Shown: positions 28,807-38,406, numbered from the stretch's first letter. The stretch is 64,000 nt of DNA from a virus (IMGVR_UViG_3300009709_000001:1-64000), one strand, 5' to 3'. Numbers and translations are program-made. Notes: generated from the sequence alone by a model not told the origin.

Positions 28807-30633
28807 TTAGCTCATCTTTCCTAGTTTATCAAAGCGCTTCATCCAGGAAAGGACTTCTGGATCAACTTCAGATTCTTCAAGCTTACCGGCCTTAGCCATC
28901 TTAGCATGAACTGCACCAGCGACTTTTTCACCGGCTTCTTTACTACCGTATTCAGCAGCAGCCTTCTTAGCCACTGCTTTGAAGCCAGTTGTCTTACCAT
29001 TGTTATGCTTACCTTCGTCCTTCTCGTCAATCTTGTCTTTCTTACCATCACGATTGCTCTTAAAGACATCAGCACCAACCTTGTCATTGCGCTCGTCGTT
29101 GGCCTTCTTATCGTCAGACTTGCCTTTCTTCAAGAATGCAGGCACTTCCTTCTTTTCTTCGACAAGTGCGTCATATTCCTTGAATCTGTTCAGCCAAACT
29201 TGAACATCATTATCAATACCTTCTGCCATAACATCGGTTCCCATTGCTGTTGGTGAATTTCCTACCACTTCTTGGTAGCATTGTTTCATTTGTGCTGGAT
29301 TCATGGATGCAAAATCCGCTTCTGTATAAGGACGGTCAGATTTGCTGAGACCCATTTGCTGAATATACATGATTTGAGAAGCCATTTCTTCCATTTGCTC
29401 GATATCAGCATCGGAAGGATTACCAAAACTCATGGCTTGATCGTGTTCTTCCCACGATGGCATTCCACTCTCGTCATCAAATTTCGGTGTATCTGAACTG
29501 CGATCCATATCATCACCAACAATTTCAGAAAGATTATCCTCTCCGTATGTCAACGGCGAATCTTCACCAGCTGCATTACCACCAGTTGGTACAAATTTCT
29601 GAACAATATTGCCGAGTTTAACACCCTTACCATCTTTGCCGCGTTCGACTGGTTGTTCAAAGTCCATATCTTCTTCGTCAACTAGGCCATCTACACCTTC
29701 GTTGTCGATCATCGGAACTTCTTCCATCGGTTCTTCCATGCCGCCCATATCCATACCATCCATCGGTGCCTGGACAATGCCGATACCACCAACATCCGGA
29801 CCCTGGTCATGCCCACCGGCACATAGTGCACCACACATTGGGCAAGCTTCTTCATGACCGTGCATATCTGGGCCGCCCATCATGCCTGGTTGTTCACCAC
29901 CTGCTTGATCAGGGAAGCAAGTTTGGCAATCCCATTCTTGGCAACCACAAAGGCCGGAAGATTGAGGAAGCATATTTACATCGATTCCGCCACCGTTAAG
30001 GGCTTCCTCGACAGTTCCTAACCATTTTGAAAATTCATCTCTGTGATCCATTGCTGGCTCCTGTTCTACTTTTACGTTTTGTGATGCGAGTGACATAGGC
30101 GATAGATTGCCATCATTGTCCATCTCGTCAAAATTATTCTTTGCATCTTGCTCGAGCATTGCACCAACATTTGCTGTTGGAACGAGCATTTCTTTATCAT
30201 CGAAACTAACGATGCATTCTTTTCCAGTGGTACTGTAAGCGATAAAGACGCCGACGCCGGGACCAATTACCGATCCGTATACATCTTCTATTTGTACCAT
30301 GTCGCCAGGTCGAAATTCTGGCTTATCATTCATTCTGCCAACAGTTGCTGGCTCCTGTGTTGCATGGAACCATTCGTTGCCGCTCTGATATGGGTCCTGA
30401 TAATCACGTTCTGGAAGGGAAAATTCGCCATCTGGTAATTCTACAGCAACACCTTTAATGTCGACTTGTGCTCCACTAGGAATATAGTCCATAAATCTGC
30501 CAGTTCCACCACCTGATCCAGGGTTAACCATAACAGTGGCATCTCGTTTGATTCTCATGGATTGGTCGGTGTTGCTTGCCAGGACTGGCGGAACACTCTC
30601 CATTAGTTTAATCCATTTTTTCATATCCGACAT
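28807..30633 (-). CDS. Acidic low-complexity late protein (possible head internal/core protein)
   Basis: MSDMKKWIKLMES start; repeated W...(F/M) helices; Cys cluster; AAAEYGSKEAGEKVAGA motif. Confidence 0.65.
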   Translation of the reverse strand: MSDMKKWIKLMESVPPVLASNTDQSMRIKRDATVMVNPGSGGGTGRFMDYIPSGAQVDIKGVAVELPDGEFSLPERDYQDPYQSGNEWFHATQEPATVGRMNDKPEFRPGDMVQIEDVYGSVIGPGVGVFIAYSTTGKECIVSFDDKEMLVPTANVGAMLEQDAKNNFDEMDNDGNLSPMSLASQNVKVEQEPAMDHRDEFSKWLGTVEEALNGGGIDVNMLPQSSGLCGCQEWDCQTCFPDQAGGEQPGMMGGPDMHGHEEACPMCGALCAGGHDQGPDVGGIGIVQAPMDGMDMGGMEEPMEEVPMIDNEGVDGLVDEEDMDFEQPVERGKDGKGVKLGNIVQKFVPTGGNAAGEDSPLTYGEDNLSEIVGDDMDRSSDTPKFDDESGMPSWEEHDQAMSFGNPSDADIEQMEEMASQIMYIQQMGLSKSDRPYTEADFASMNPAQMKQCYQEVVGNSPTAMGTDVMAEGIDNDVQVWLNRFKEYDALVEEKKEVPAFLKKGKSDDKKANDERNDKVGADVFKSNRDGKKDKIDEKDEGKHNNGKTTGFKAVAKKAAAEYGSKEAGEKVAGAVHAKMAKAGKLEESEVDPEVLSWMKRFDKLGKMS

Positions 30634-30693
30634 AGGGCCTCTGGGGTTATTCAATGTACTTATTTATCACACCTTGTGGTGATTACGGCCATT

Positions 30694-30717
30694 AAAAAAG
30701 GCACCCCGGAGGGTGCC
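30694..30717 (-). terminator. Rho-independent terminator
   Basis: GGCACCC-TCCG-GGGTGCC-T6 on the minus strand. Confidence 0.85.
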
Positions 30718-30745
30718 CTGAATCCTTACGGAGTGGTTCGTAGTT

Positions 30746-31204
30746 TTACGCTAGAAGTTCTTTCACAAGAATTCCAGCAGCCTTGCCGTCGTAGCAGCCG
30801 GCGTGATTGGCCGTGAGAAAGGCCATAGTGGCTTGCATTGTGGCACCCGGTGTGCTTGCAATGAAAGTGGATACAACCAATCGCAACTCTGCCTCAGTGA
30901 GTTGAACTGGTGTAGGAGGAAGGAAGGTTTCTACAAGGGCGAGTTCGCCATTGAGAATATTCTTCTTCTGCAATGCCTGGATATTGTCCTGGCTTGCATA
31001 AATGTCTCGAGTTTGACGAATATTATCCGCATATTTGCGAACAATCTTAACAACCTTGTCTTCGGGAAGTGCAGAACCGGCATTCTTCTCCGCAAAGGTA
31101 ATTTCGCCGATAAGAGTAGTCAGCGAGTCCGCCAGAACAGTATTTCTGTCCTTGCGAAGTGCAATCTGCTTTGTCTTCAAATTTTCAAGAATAGTTGTCA
31201 TCAC
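30746..31204 (-). CDS. GatB/YqeY domain protein
   Basis: LTTLIGEI, ELALVETFLP..QLTEAEL, M..L.....G.YDGK. Confidence 0.8.
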   Translation of the reverse strand: MMTTILENLKTKQIALRKDRNTVLADSLTTLIGEITFAEKNAGSALPEDKVVKIVRKYADNIRQTRDIYASQDNIQALQKKNILNGELALVETFLPPTPVQLTEAELRLVVSTFIASTPGATMQATMAFLTANHAGCYDGKAAGILVKELLA

Positions 31205-32556
31205 TTAATCTCCGCGCTGCTATTCGCAACAGTCTTGTCAGTTCTAAATTCTGCAAAACGTGGCAGGAACAGACTATCTGCCACATTCTGTTGGCTGCTG
31301 ATACGCTCGTTATAGATCACCGTAATGATCGTACCAATCAGCTCGTTAATATCCTTGGTGATCTGCAAACGCAATGCGTCCGAGAAGCCACTAATCGACA
31401 CAATAACCTTACGGTCACTGGATGCACAGATTAGACTACCGACTTGACCCAGGAATTTGCCTTCACCAGGGTTCCAACCAATGATCTCGAGATCGCAATC
31501 CTCCTCAGCCTTAAGCTTGACCAGATGCTTACTACGAGTATCTTCCCACAGACCACAGAAGTTCTTCAGAATAGTGCCTTCTTCACCGGATGCAAGCAGT
31601 TCGTTGAAGTGAGCAATAGCTTCATCCAAACTTTTCACAATCTTGCCTGGGATCAACCAGAACAAAGTTGCGGGCTTGCCGGCAAGTTTCGCCACAGTTT
31701 GATCTTCTTCCGGGGGAGTGATGGCCTTGATAGCTACTTCCAGTGCAGTAAGACGATCGGAATACTTCTTCTTGGAAATACCAGCCTTGAATTCAGACAG
31801 GGGAATAACGTCCCAGATCTGAGCACGAACCATCTTGGCTTCTTCTCGGGAAATTGTACCCTTGATAGCCTTATTGATGATGCCGTTACCGATCTTACGG
31901 GGCAATACCTTGCCATTCGCATCTACCACAACGAGTTCACCGTCAATCACAACGGGAACATCAAATTGTTGGCCTAGCTTGATCCATTCGGCGTCCATGA
32001 CATCGAACAAGTCAATATCTCTACCAGATCGGCCACATATCGAGATAGCGGTGCCATTAATCTGAACGTTTACTCGGAGGCCGTCAGCTTTGAGCTGACT
32101 ATAAGCCGGAAATTCAATGTTCTTGATGTTCTTCGCTTCGTAAGGACGAGCGAGTAGACACGGATATGTGGGGATCAGGCCGGGACTTACGGCGTTAACG
32201 AGACCATCCGCCACACCGCAGCGCAAATCTTTACCAATAATGCGGCTAATAACAGTAGCATCATCAGCGGAAAGGCTAGAAAGAATAGTGCGAAGATGCT
32301 CAATGCCAGCGTAACCAGTGAGTTCGCGGCTCGAAAGCTTTTCAAGTTGAGCCATTGCCCAGTCGATGGTCTGGGTGGGCGTTGTAGAGGTGGCATATTC
32401 AGGGATTTTCCTGATATAGAAGTTGAGATAAGGATCCAACGCCATTCTCACTACAGAAATGAACTGTGTGTTCGCCTTGTGCTTCTCAAGCACAGAAGTT
32501 TTCCAGGTCTTTGTAGTATTCGAACCGAGTTCTTCGAGAATTTTCAGGATGCTCAT
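31201..32556 (-). CDS. ATP-dependent DNA ligase (T4 gp30-like)
   Basis: KDLRCG, motif I QLKADGLR, IDGEL, WDVI, GEEGTILK, VKLK, SLFLPRF.EFR.DK. Confidence 0.93.
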   Translation of the reverse strand: MSILKILEELGSNTTKTWKTSVLEKHKANTQFISVVRMALDPYLNFYIRKIPEYATSTTPTQTIDWAMAQLEKLSSRELTGYAGIEHLRTILSSLSADDATVISRIIGKDLRCGVADGLVNAVSPGLIPTYPCLLARPYEAKNIKNIEFPAYSQLKADGLRVNVQINGTAISICGRSGRDIDLFDVMDAEWIKLGQQFDVPVVIDGELVVVDANGKVLPRKIGNGIINKAIKGTISREEAKMVRAQIWDVIPLSEFKAGISKKKYSDRLTALEVAIKAITPPEEDQTVAKLAGKPATLFWLIPGKIVKSLDEAIAHFNELLASGEEGTILKNFCGLWEDTRSKHLVKLKAEEDCDLEIIGWNPGEGKFLGQVGSLICASSDRKVIVSISGFSDALRLQITKDINELIGTIITVIYNERISSQQNVADSLFLPRFAEFRTDKTVANSSAEIK

Positions 32557-32590
32557 TGTTTACCTTTGCCAAAGTCGCTTAACTGTGACA

Positions 32591-32619
32591 ATTATATGTT
32601 GATCTTAATGGTTAGTCAA
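32591..32619 (-). promoter_or_regulatory. Sigma70-type promoter
   Basis: TTGACT-17-TATAAT upstream of the ligase. Confidence 0.7.
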
Positions 32620-32804
32620 CTAGTCTCGTTGTCTTTTAATTCTTTATCAACGATATAGTCTGCCATTTCTGGCAAACAGACTAGATAAATCCTATCGTGG
32701 TGAACTGCACAATAGGATTTCTTAGGAAGAGATGATTGGGGACAGCCTTCGCCCTCCCCAATCCATTTGCATGTCGGTTTTAGTTCACTTTCTTTACTTG
32801 TCAT
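32616..32804 (-). CDS. Small Zn-finger-like protein (GcrA C-terminal-like)
   Basis: TCKWIG...GC......SYC..H...Y. Confidence 0.55.
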   Translation of the reverse strand: MTSKESELKPTCKWIGEGEGCPQSSLPKKSYCAVHHDRIYLVCLPEMADYIVDKELKDNETS

Positions 32805-33969
32805 AGTAGCAAGTCATACCAAACGGCGACACAATATTCCGTTGCGGATTACTGTGGATAACGTACACCGTATCGCAGTAGATCGGATCACCAAATCCGA
32901 GACCACAATCGTAGCCGTCGGTGAAGTGAATAAACTTCTCCGGTACGATGTTGTTCTCTTTCATGTAATCCCAATTACAGTTGAAGTCATTACCGCCACG
33001 GCCCTTCACTTCATATTCGTCGATATCGGAAAGGTTATCCGGGGTGTAAATCTGTTCGTTATACACCTTGGTGTCAGAACACCACAGGCGCACTTCGAAG
33101 TCAGTAAATTCTTCCATGATGCCCTTAACTTCACCAAGGAAGTCGCGAATCATCTCATCGGAAATAGATCCCGAACTATCGATACCGATTGCAACGCTGA
33201 CGCGCCCTTCCTCTTTCATCGACGGCAGATAAATGCCACTCGATTGGGACTTACGAGAGCATCGTTGCCACGTAAAGTCACCTTTGAGGATGGACTTGAG
33301 ATTAGTTTGCAGAATCTCGCGCCAGTCCATCTGCGGCGAAGTCAATTCCTTGACAAGTCGCTTGATGCCCAACGGGCAGTTACCAGTGTTCGATTTAACT
33401 GCCTGATAGACCGCAGCCTTGATTTCGTCACCAAGAACGCGGCGCTCTTCCTCTGTCATCGGCTCACCCTTGCCATCGCCTGGCTCCAAGTGGATGTCGA
33501 ATTCGGGGAACTTCTGGCTCGGGTCCTTCATCAACTGTTCGTACACCTCTTCCGTAAACATACCACGGAATTTAGCGTCGAAACAGGCAGTGACACCGGA
33601 GGTCTTGGGGTTAGGCAACTTGCCAACGTTGTGTTCGTGGAGTTCCCAGTTGATGACGTAGTCGGCAGCAGCGTTCCATGCCTTTGCATTACGGCTACCA
33701 CGACGACCCATGTGGTCATAGACGCAGTGTTCCACTTCATGGGCAACCAGGAAGACTGTTTCTTCCTTGGTCAGCTTCGCAATGAAGTCTCGGTTATAAT
33801 AGAAATAGCGGCCATCAGTTGCCGCAGTTTTGCACCATTCCTCGTCGGTATAGTCTTTGAGGATCAGGCGAGTTGCCAGGGTTCCCCAGAATGGTTGACG
33901 AAGCAGGAGGGAGATTCGTGCTCGTGTGAGTTTCTCGAGAATAACATCGGGGTCGTTAGCTGCTGCCAT
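32794..33969 (-). CDS. Metallopeptidase-like plus VWA domain protein (DUF2201 type)
   Basis: TAATDG, AHEVEH (HExxH), WN.AADY.IN, IDSSGSI (MIDAS), GRGGNDF, FTDGY. Confidence 0.88.
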   Translation of the reverse strand: MAAANDPDVILEKLTRARISLLLRQPFWGTLATRLILKDYTDEEWCKTAATDGRYFYYNRDFIAKLTKEETVFLVAHEVEHCVYDHMGRRGSRNAKAWNAAADYVINWELHEHNVGKLPNPKTSGVTACFDAKFRGMFTEEVYEQLMKDPSQKFPEFDIHLEPGDGKGEPMTEEERRVLGDEIKAAVYQAVKSNTGNCPLGIKRLVKELTSPQMDWREILQTNLKSILKGDFTWQRCSRKSQSSGIYLPSMKEEGRVSVAIGIDSSGSISDEMIRDFLGEVKGIMEEFTDFEVRLWCSDTKVYNEQIYTPDNLSDIDEYEVKGRGGNDFNCNWDYMKENNIVPEKFIHFTDGYDCGLGFGDPIYCDTVYVIHSNPQRNIVSPFGMTCYYDK

Positions 33970-34022
33970 GTGTGTCTTTCAGTTATGTGTATATTGTAAG
34001 CGATGCGCATACAAAAAGCAAT

Positions 34023-34169
34023 TGGTGCCCCGGCACGGAACCCACACCGAACCGCAGTCCTACCGGTTAAGAGCCGGTTGCTCTATCGAAGGGACAATTA
34101 AATTCACATTAGGTGCCGGCAGGCCTGCGGCGCCCTTATTGGCGAATCGTTTTTCTGAGCTATCAGGGC
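34023..34169 (-). tRNA. tRNA-Lys(CTT)-like gene with a ~65-nt D-loop insertion and a 13-nt T-loop
   Basis: GCCCTGA/CCGGGGC-A-CCA acceptor; TA; GCTC/GAGC D-stem; ACCGG-CTCTTAA-CCGGT anticodon arm; TGCGG-TTCG..-CCGTG T-arm; encoded CCA. Confidence 0.8.
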
Positions 34170-34187
34170 CTGCTTATTTTATAGGGC

Positions 34188-34535
34188 TTATTGAAGAAGG
34201 TCAAGCACATCAACGTCTTCGAGATGCTCGAGAATGATTTTGCTATAACCATGTTTTACTGCATATTCAATGACTTCAGAAATAGCTACTTCTTCGTCTA
34301 CTGTCGAATACCAGAGAACTCTGTTTAGTTCAACTTCGTCAAAACCAGAAAGAACTGCAATTGACTTTTGCAGATAATCGGAATAGCTATCGAAACTATC
34401 TTCCGAGTATGGACCCAACGCTGCGTCCAAAATATCTAGAGCTGTTACAACTTGAACGGTCTTGATAATGTTTCCATTGCGATCTGCAACAGTATAATCA
34501 GTACCTAGTGATTGAATATCGGTAATTTTATACAT
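34188..34535 (-). CDS. Hypothetical protein
   Basis: 115-aa ORF between sod and the tRNA. Confidence 0.6.
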   Translation of the reverse strand: MYKITDIQSLGTDYTVADRNGNIIKTVQVVTALDILDAALGPYSEDSFDSYSDYLQKSIAVLSGFDEVELNRVLWYSTVDEEVAISEVIEYAVKHGYSKIILEHLEDVDVLDLLQ

Positions 34536-34536
34536 C

Positions 34537-35085
34537 TTAGTTAATCCTTGCGTTGACGATTTGCCAATTTATAATCTTCCAAATGTCCTTAAGATATTTC
34601 TTCTTGTCAGCGCCGTAGTCCAATATATACGAATGTTCCCACATATCGACAATGACTGCAACATTGCTAATCAGTTTGTGATTGGAGATCGTTTTTATTG
34701 CTCCGGATTTATCCAAGTAGACCCAACCAGATCCATGGATATCAAGTGCGGCTTCCGCAAAGGAATTTTTGAAGTTTTCGTAGTTACCAAATTTCTCATC
34801 AATGAGAATTTTTATGGCTCCTGTGGGTGTGTTCGAAGCTGCCGATGCTTGCATCTGTTCGAAAAACAGAGTATGCAATTTGGCACCAGCTGTCTGAAAT
34901 TCTCCCTCGCCTGCAAGGGACTTTTTCACATAGTTATTGTATAATATTCCATAGTGCAGGTCAATTGTTTCTTTGGAGAAAACAGGGGCCAGGTCCTTTT
35001 CAGGTACAGGTAATGGAACTTTGTATACTTCTAATTCGGCTTTTACTTTTTCGAGTAATACTCTAAAGGATGCAGGATCATTCAT
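34537..35085 (-). CDS. sod: Fe/Mn superoxide dismutase
   Basis: L.P..S.ETI.LH, LH..FF, FG..E.FK..F, GSGWV.L, DMWEHSY.LDY, INW; all four metal ligands present. Confidence 0.9.
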   Translation of the reverse strand: MNDPASFRVLLEKVKAELEVYKVPLPVPEKDLAPVFSKETIDLHYGILYNNYVKKSLAGEGEFQTAGAKLHTLFFEQMQASAASNTPTGAIKILIDEKFGNYENFKNSFAEAALDIHGSGWVYLDKSGAIKTISNHKLISNVAVIVDMWEHSYILDYGADKKKYLKDIWKIINWQIVNARIN

Positions 35086-35093
35086 ACTTGTAT

Positions 35094-36131
35094 TTATGGA
35101 AAATGCATGAACTTGGTTTTATTATCGTAAAACCTCTTTACTCCTACCATTCTCTCTAAAATAGCTCTACCCACAATATCAGAAGTGTAATTTTTCACTT
35201 CTCTTTCGGCATCTCCCACGGGCAATTCTTCCAGCACCACATTAGTTACTGAAATGGTTGCTTCCTTTTCCGTTGTAATCTGACCGATAATTGTCGGAAA
35301 GAATGTTACATTAGATTTGCCCGACAGGACACCCCTATAGTCAACATCGATCTTAAACTTCGGTGATTGTGGTTCAACAGTTAGAATAGAGTGGAAGTTC
35401 TTTCCTTCAGAGTGAATTACTCCCAGAAACTCCGATGTTGAGCTTTCATAAGGAAAGATTTTGTTTTCGTCAACGATATTAGACGAACCTTTACCAAGAA
35501 CGATATGATTAAAATTCGCACCGTCTTGAGTAATAATGTTTCTGTAGAAACAAGAAATTGCCGAAACCTTGTTCTGGTAGAATGTTGTCAACTTTAGATC
35601 TGCACCGGGATGCAATAAATAGTTCACTACCGAGTTTAAGGCACAGCAGCTTTCGACTTCTTCAATGATCTCTACTTCGATATCGTTAGATACATCGAAG
35701 ATCATTACAGAATTATAGAATGTTTCGAATTCGGATTTGTATCGAACATAGATAGGTTCATCAATTTCACCCACAATTTGAATTGTGCTATGATTTTGAC
35801 AAACTAGATATGCGATAGTGGAGAACGTCTCTGGATTGTAAAGGCTTCTCGGATTAACGAGTTGATTGCCTTCGAGAGAGTTTGTGACAATAACGTTCGG
35901 ATGATCGTATAGGTCTTTTGAAATGTGAATTTCGTTACCAAGTACGATTAGCGACAACCCAGGCATGGCTGGGTCTACGACCATCTGAACTTTATTTGCT
36001 TGGATGTTGAAACGCTGCTCGAATATTGCATCGAGACTGGTGTCTTTATATTTGTCCTGTGCTGCCGAATAGAGCAGTTCTGGATAATACTTTCCGAGAT
36101 ATGATTTTACTGAGATTAGATTTGTCGACAT
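35094..36131 (-). CDS. SufB/SufD-like beta-helix protein
   Basis: 345 aa; strand pattern EVEIIEE...LHPGADLKL...Q; TQDGANF..IVLG; RGVLSGKS resembles the SufD core; divergent. Confidence 0.5.
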   Translation of the reverse strand: MSTNLISVKSYLGKYYPELLYSAAQDKYKDTSLDAIFEQRFNIQANKVQMVVDPAMPGLSLIVLGNEIHISKDLYDHPNVIVTNSLEGNQLVNPRSLYNPETFSTIAYLVCQNHSTIQIVGEIDEPIYVRYKSEFETFYNSVMIFDVSNDIEVEIIEEVESCCALNSVVNYLLHPGADLKLTTFYQNKVSAISCFYRNIITQDGANFNHIVLGKGSSNIVDENKIFPYESSTSEFLGVIHSEGKNFHSILTVEPQSPKFKIDVDYRGVLSGKSNVTFFPTIIGQITTEKEATISVTNVVLEELPVGDAEREVKNYTSDIVGRAILERMVGVKRFYDNKTKFMHFP

Positions 36132-36163
36132 AAATTTCTCGTATCGCTACGAGATATTTATGT

Positions 36164-36469
36164 TCACAGTTCTTCGAATGTGGCTGTTAGCGGAAAACCG
36201 TTTGCACGAGAGAAGTTAATAACTTCGTTGGTCTTTTCTTCAGCAATTTCCCTGGTGTAAGGCGAACCCGCGATACCTTGACCGCTTTCATGGATTGCCA
36301 TTGTGACTTCGGCAGCTTCTTCGAAAGTGCGATGGAAGATGCGAGTCAGGACCAGGATGACGAAGTCAAAGGTAGTCGTGTCATCATTGTGAAGGAGCAC
36401 CTTATACATGCTCGGTAACTTCACTTTGGTAGCTTCCTCGACTTTTTCAACAACTTCGGTGTGTGCCAT
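36164..36469 (-). CDS. clpS: Clp protease adaptor ClpS
   Basis: PSMYKVLLHNDDTTTFDFVI.VL..IF, IH..G, IAEEK, FPL...E. Confidence 0.93.
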   Translation of the reverse strand: MAHTEVVEKVEEATKVKLPSMYKVLLHNDDTTTFDFVILVLTRIFHRTFEEAAEVTMAIHESGQGIAGSPYTREIAEEKTNEVINFSRANGFPLTATFEEL

Positions 36470-36496
36470 GTTTTATCCCAGGTTAAGTAAGTCTAA

Positions 36497-36526
36497 ATTA
36501 TACAGTCACCTGGGCCTTTACGTCAA
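36497..36526 (-). promoter_or_regulatory. Sigma70-type promoter
   Basis: TTGACG-18-TATAAT upstream of clpS. Confidence 0.65.
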
Positions 36527-36541
36527 TAGGAATAAACTTCC

Positions 36542-37523
36542 TTATCCAAAAATAACTATAATCGCAATAATCAATGCGATAATGCATCCGGCAAGGATAA
36601 GGCCAGATTCTGTCTTTTCAGCTTGTGGATCAACCACATCTGTGACAACTGGTGGTTCATTTGGTTCTGGTACTTGAGCAGCCGCATCGGCCCAGGATTC
36701 CAGGAACTTTCGTCCATACAAGGATGGAGCACCATCGAGTTCGGGATGCTGACTAAAATCATTGACAGCCATGAAATTGGCCATACTATCAAGAATTCCC
36801 TGATATGTAATATCCGGATTTGATTTTACGGCTGCAATCAATGATGCGGTTGCCGCGCCCTGAGGAACACCACCAGTAGTTGCATCAGCTGATGTTTCAT
36901 TTGCATGACAGCCGGCAATTAACAATACGATCTGATTAATGTCACGGCTTGTTGACCATTCTCTCAACTGCATACCTTTATCGGCAATGTTTTGAAGAAC
37001 TTCTGCAGGTGGTGCAAGATAACGCTTCTTAATCGATTTCTTGGTAATCTTTACCTTTGGCAATCCTTTATCGGATATGACAGTAGTGACGGCAGTTTCT
37101 TTCTGATCGAGTGCGGTACCACTGTGGCAGCAATCAAGAACTACGGTAATGTTAACACCATTCGGTACCGCATTGAATATTTCCTTCAATTCATTATCGG
37201 TAATTACGTTCTTATCCCAATCCAGATCAACTGGGCAAATAATCTCGTCGAGCATATCGTCTTCGAGCTTACTGTAGATTTGAGAACCATGGCCACTGTA
37301 ATGGAATACCAATACATCGCCTGGCTCAGCGCCTGCTGTTAAACGCTGCAAAGCCGCTAAAATCCCCTTGGTAGTTGCGTCTTTTTCCAGCAATAATTCA
37401 ATGTCAGTAAAGCCCTTGTCCTCTAACAGAGCCTTGACGTTGTTAACGTCATTAATGCAGCCTTTTAATTGGTAGCTTGTGCCGACATAGTTAATACCCG
37501 ACTAACAATGCACGTTGTTTCAT
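36542..37523 (-). pseudogene. Metacaspase (peptidase C14) with C-terminal TM anchor; one extra base near 37498 breaks the N-terminus (pseudogene, programmed frameshift or sequence error)
   Basis: MKQRALLVG then frame change to INY..LKGCIND; HYSGHGSQ, ICPVD, LDCCHSGT catalytic dyad; hydrophobic C-terminus. Confidence 0.8.
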
Positions 37524-37556
37524 TGGGGAAATCTCCTGTGTTCCCCATATTTATCA

Positions 37557-37919
37557 CTATTCGATGACCACTTTATGGTTAGAACAACAATCGACTAGCT
37601 TTTGATAAACTTCCGGCATCACATTGATACAACCGGAACTGATAAAACGATCTTCAATTTTTGTACTTTTCAATCTCTCAAGTCTCTTTTGTTCAGGCTT
37701 GAGTAGCCATACACGGTGAATAGCATACACCAGATTAGCATCTTCATGGAATTGAAGTACGTCGCCGCCGTATCCGGGATCTTGCGTAAATCTTCTACGT
37801 AAGATAAAATCTCCTTTTGGTGTAGGAATCTTCTTACCTAGAAGAACAGGATGACATTCTTCTGCACCATTATAGGTGAAACAGATAGTTGCTAAGGCAA
37901 TTGATACGATGACGCTCAT
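37557..37919 (-). CDS. Minimal L,D-transpeptidase (YkuD)-like protein
   Basis: PV..G...TPKG.F, YAIH, SSGCINV catalytic His/Cys motif. Confidence 0.72.
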   Translation of the reverse strand: MSVIVSIALATICFTYNGAEECHPVLLGKKIPTPKGDFILRRRFTQDPGYGGDVLQFHEDANLVYAIHRVWLLKPEQKRLERLKSTKIEDRFISSGCINVMPEVYQKLVDCCSNHKVVIE

Positions 37920-37934
37920 AATGTTTATTCGTAG

Positions 37935-37959
37935 GTAAACCGGGACAAGCCCGGTTTAC
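37935..37959 (-). terminator. Intergenic hairpin or terminator
   Basis: GTAAACCGGG-CTTGT-CCCGGTTTAC; no clear U-tract. Confidence 0.55.
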
Positions 37960-37974
37960 GTTGTTTAAGCGAAA

Positions 37975-38382
37975 TTACTCGCCTTTCTTCGCTGGAACTT
38001 CAACCAAGATCGGTACTGCCACTTCACGGATAACCGTGTTAGTGATAACTACCGGCTTAGTGTCTTCCTTTACTACCGGACGAAGCATCAGATATTCACC
38101 GCGACCCATTTCTGGAACCCAGTTATATCCGGCGCATTCGAGTCGTGCCCCACGGCGTGTGCATTGTACATCGACAACGCGGGGCCAGAGTGTAGCCGCA
38201 GTCGGGAATCCGGGCAGATATTGAGGAGCATGATAGATATCATTATCCCATTTCTGCGCATTTTCCAAACCTGTGACACCTTGCTGGCCGGAGCCAAGTG
38301 GTGTACGACCTACACTCACATCCTGTGCAAATGCAGTGGATGCAAGCATAGCCATACCTAGTGCCAAGAGTGCTTTCTTCAT
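37975..38382 (-). CDS. Secreted protein (Sec signal peptide)
   Basis: MKKALLALGMAMLASTAFA|Q; one Cys pair; AGGAGA SD. Confidence 0.75.
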   Translation of the reverse strand: MKKALLALGMAMLASTAFAQDVSVGRTPLGSGQQGVTGLENAQKWDNDIYHAPQYLPGFPTAATLWPRVVDVQCTRRGARLECAGYNWVPEMGRGEYLMLRPVVKEDTKPVVITNTVIREVAVPILVEVPAKKGE

Positions 38383-38406
38383 ATAAGTCTCCTTTGACTA
38401 GTCGAC

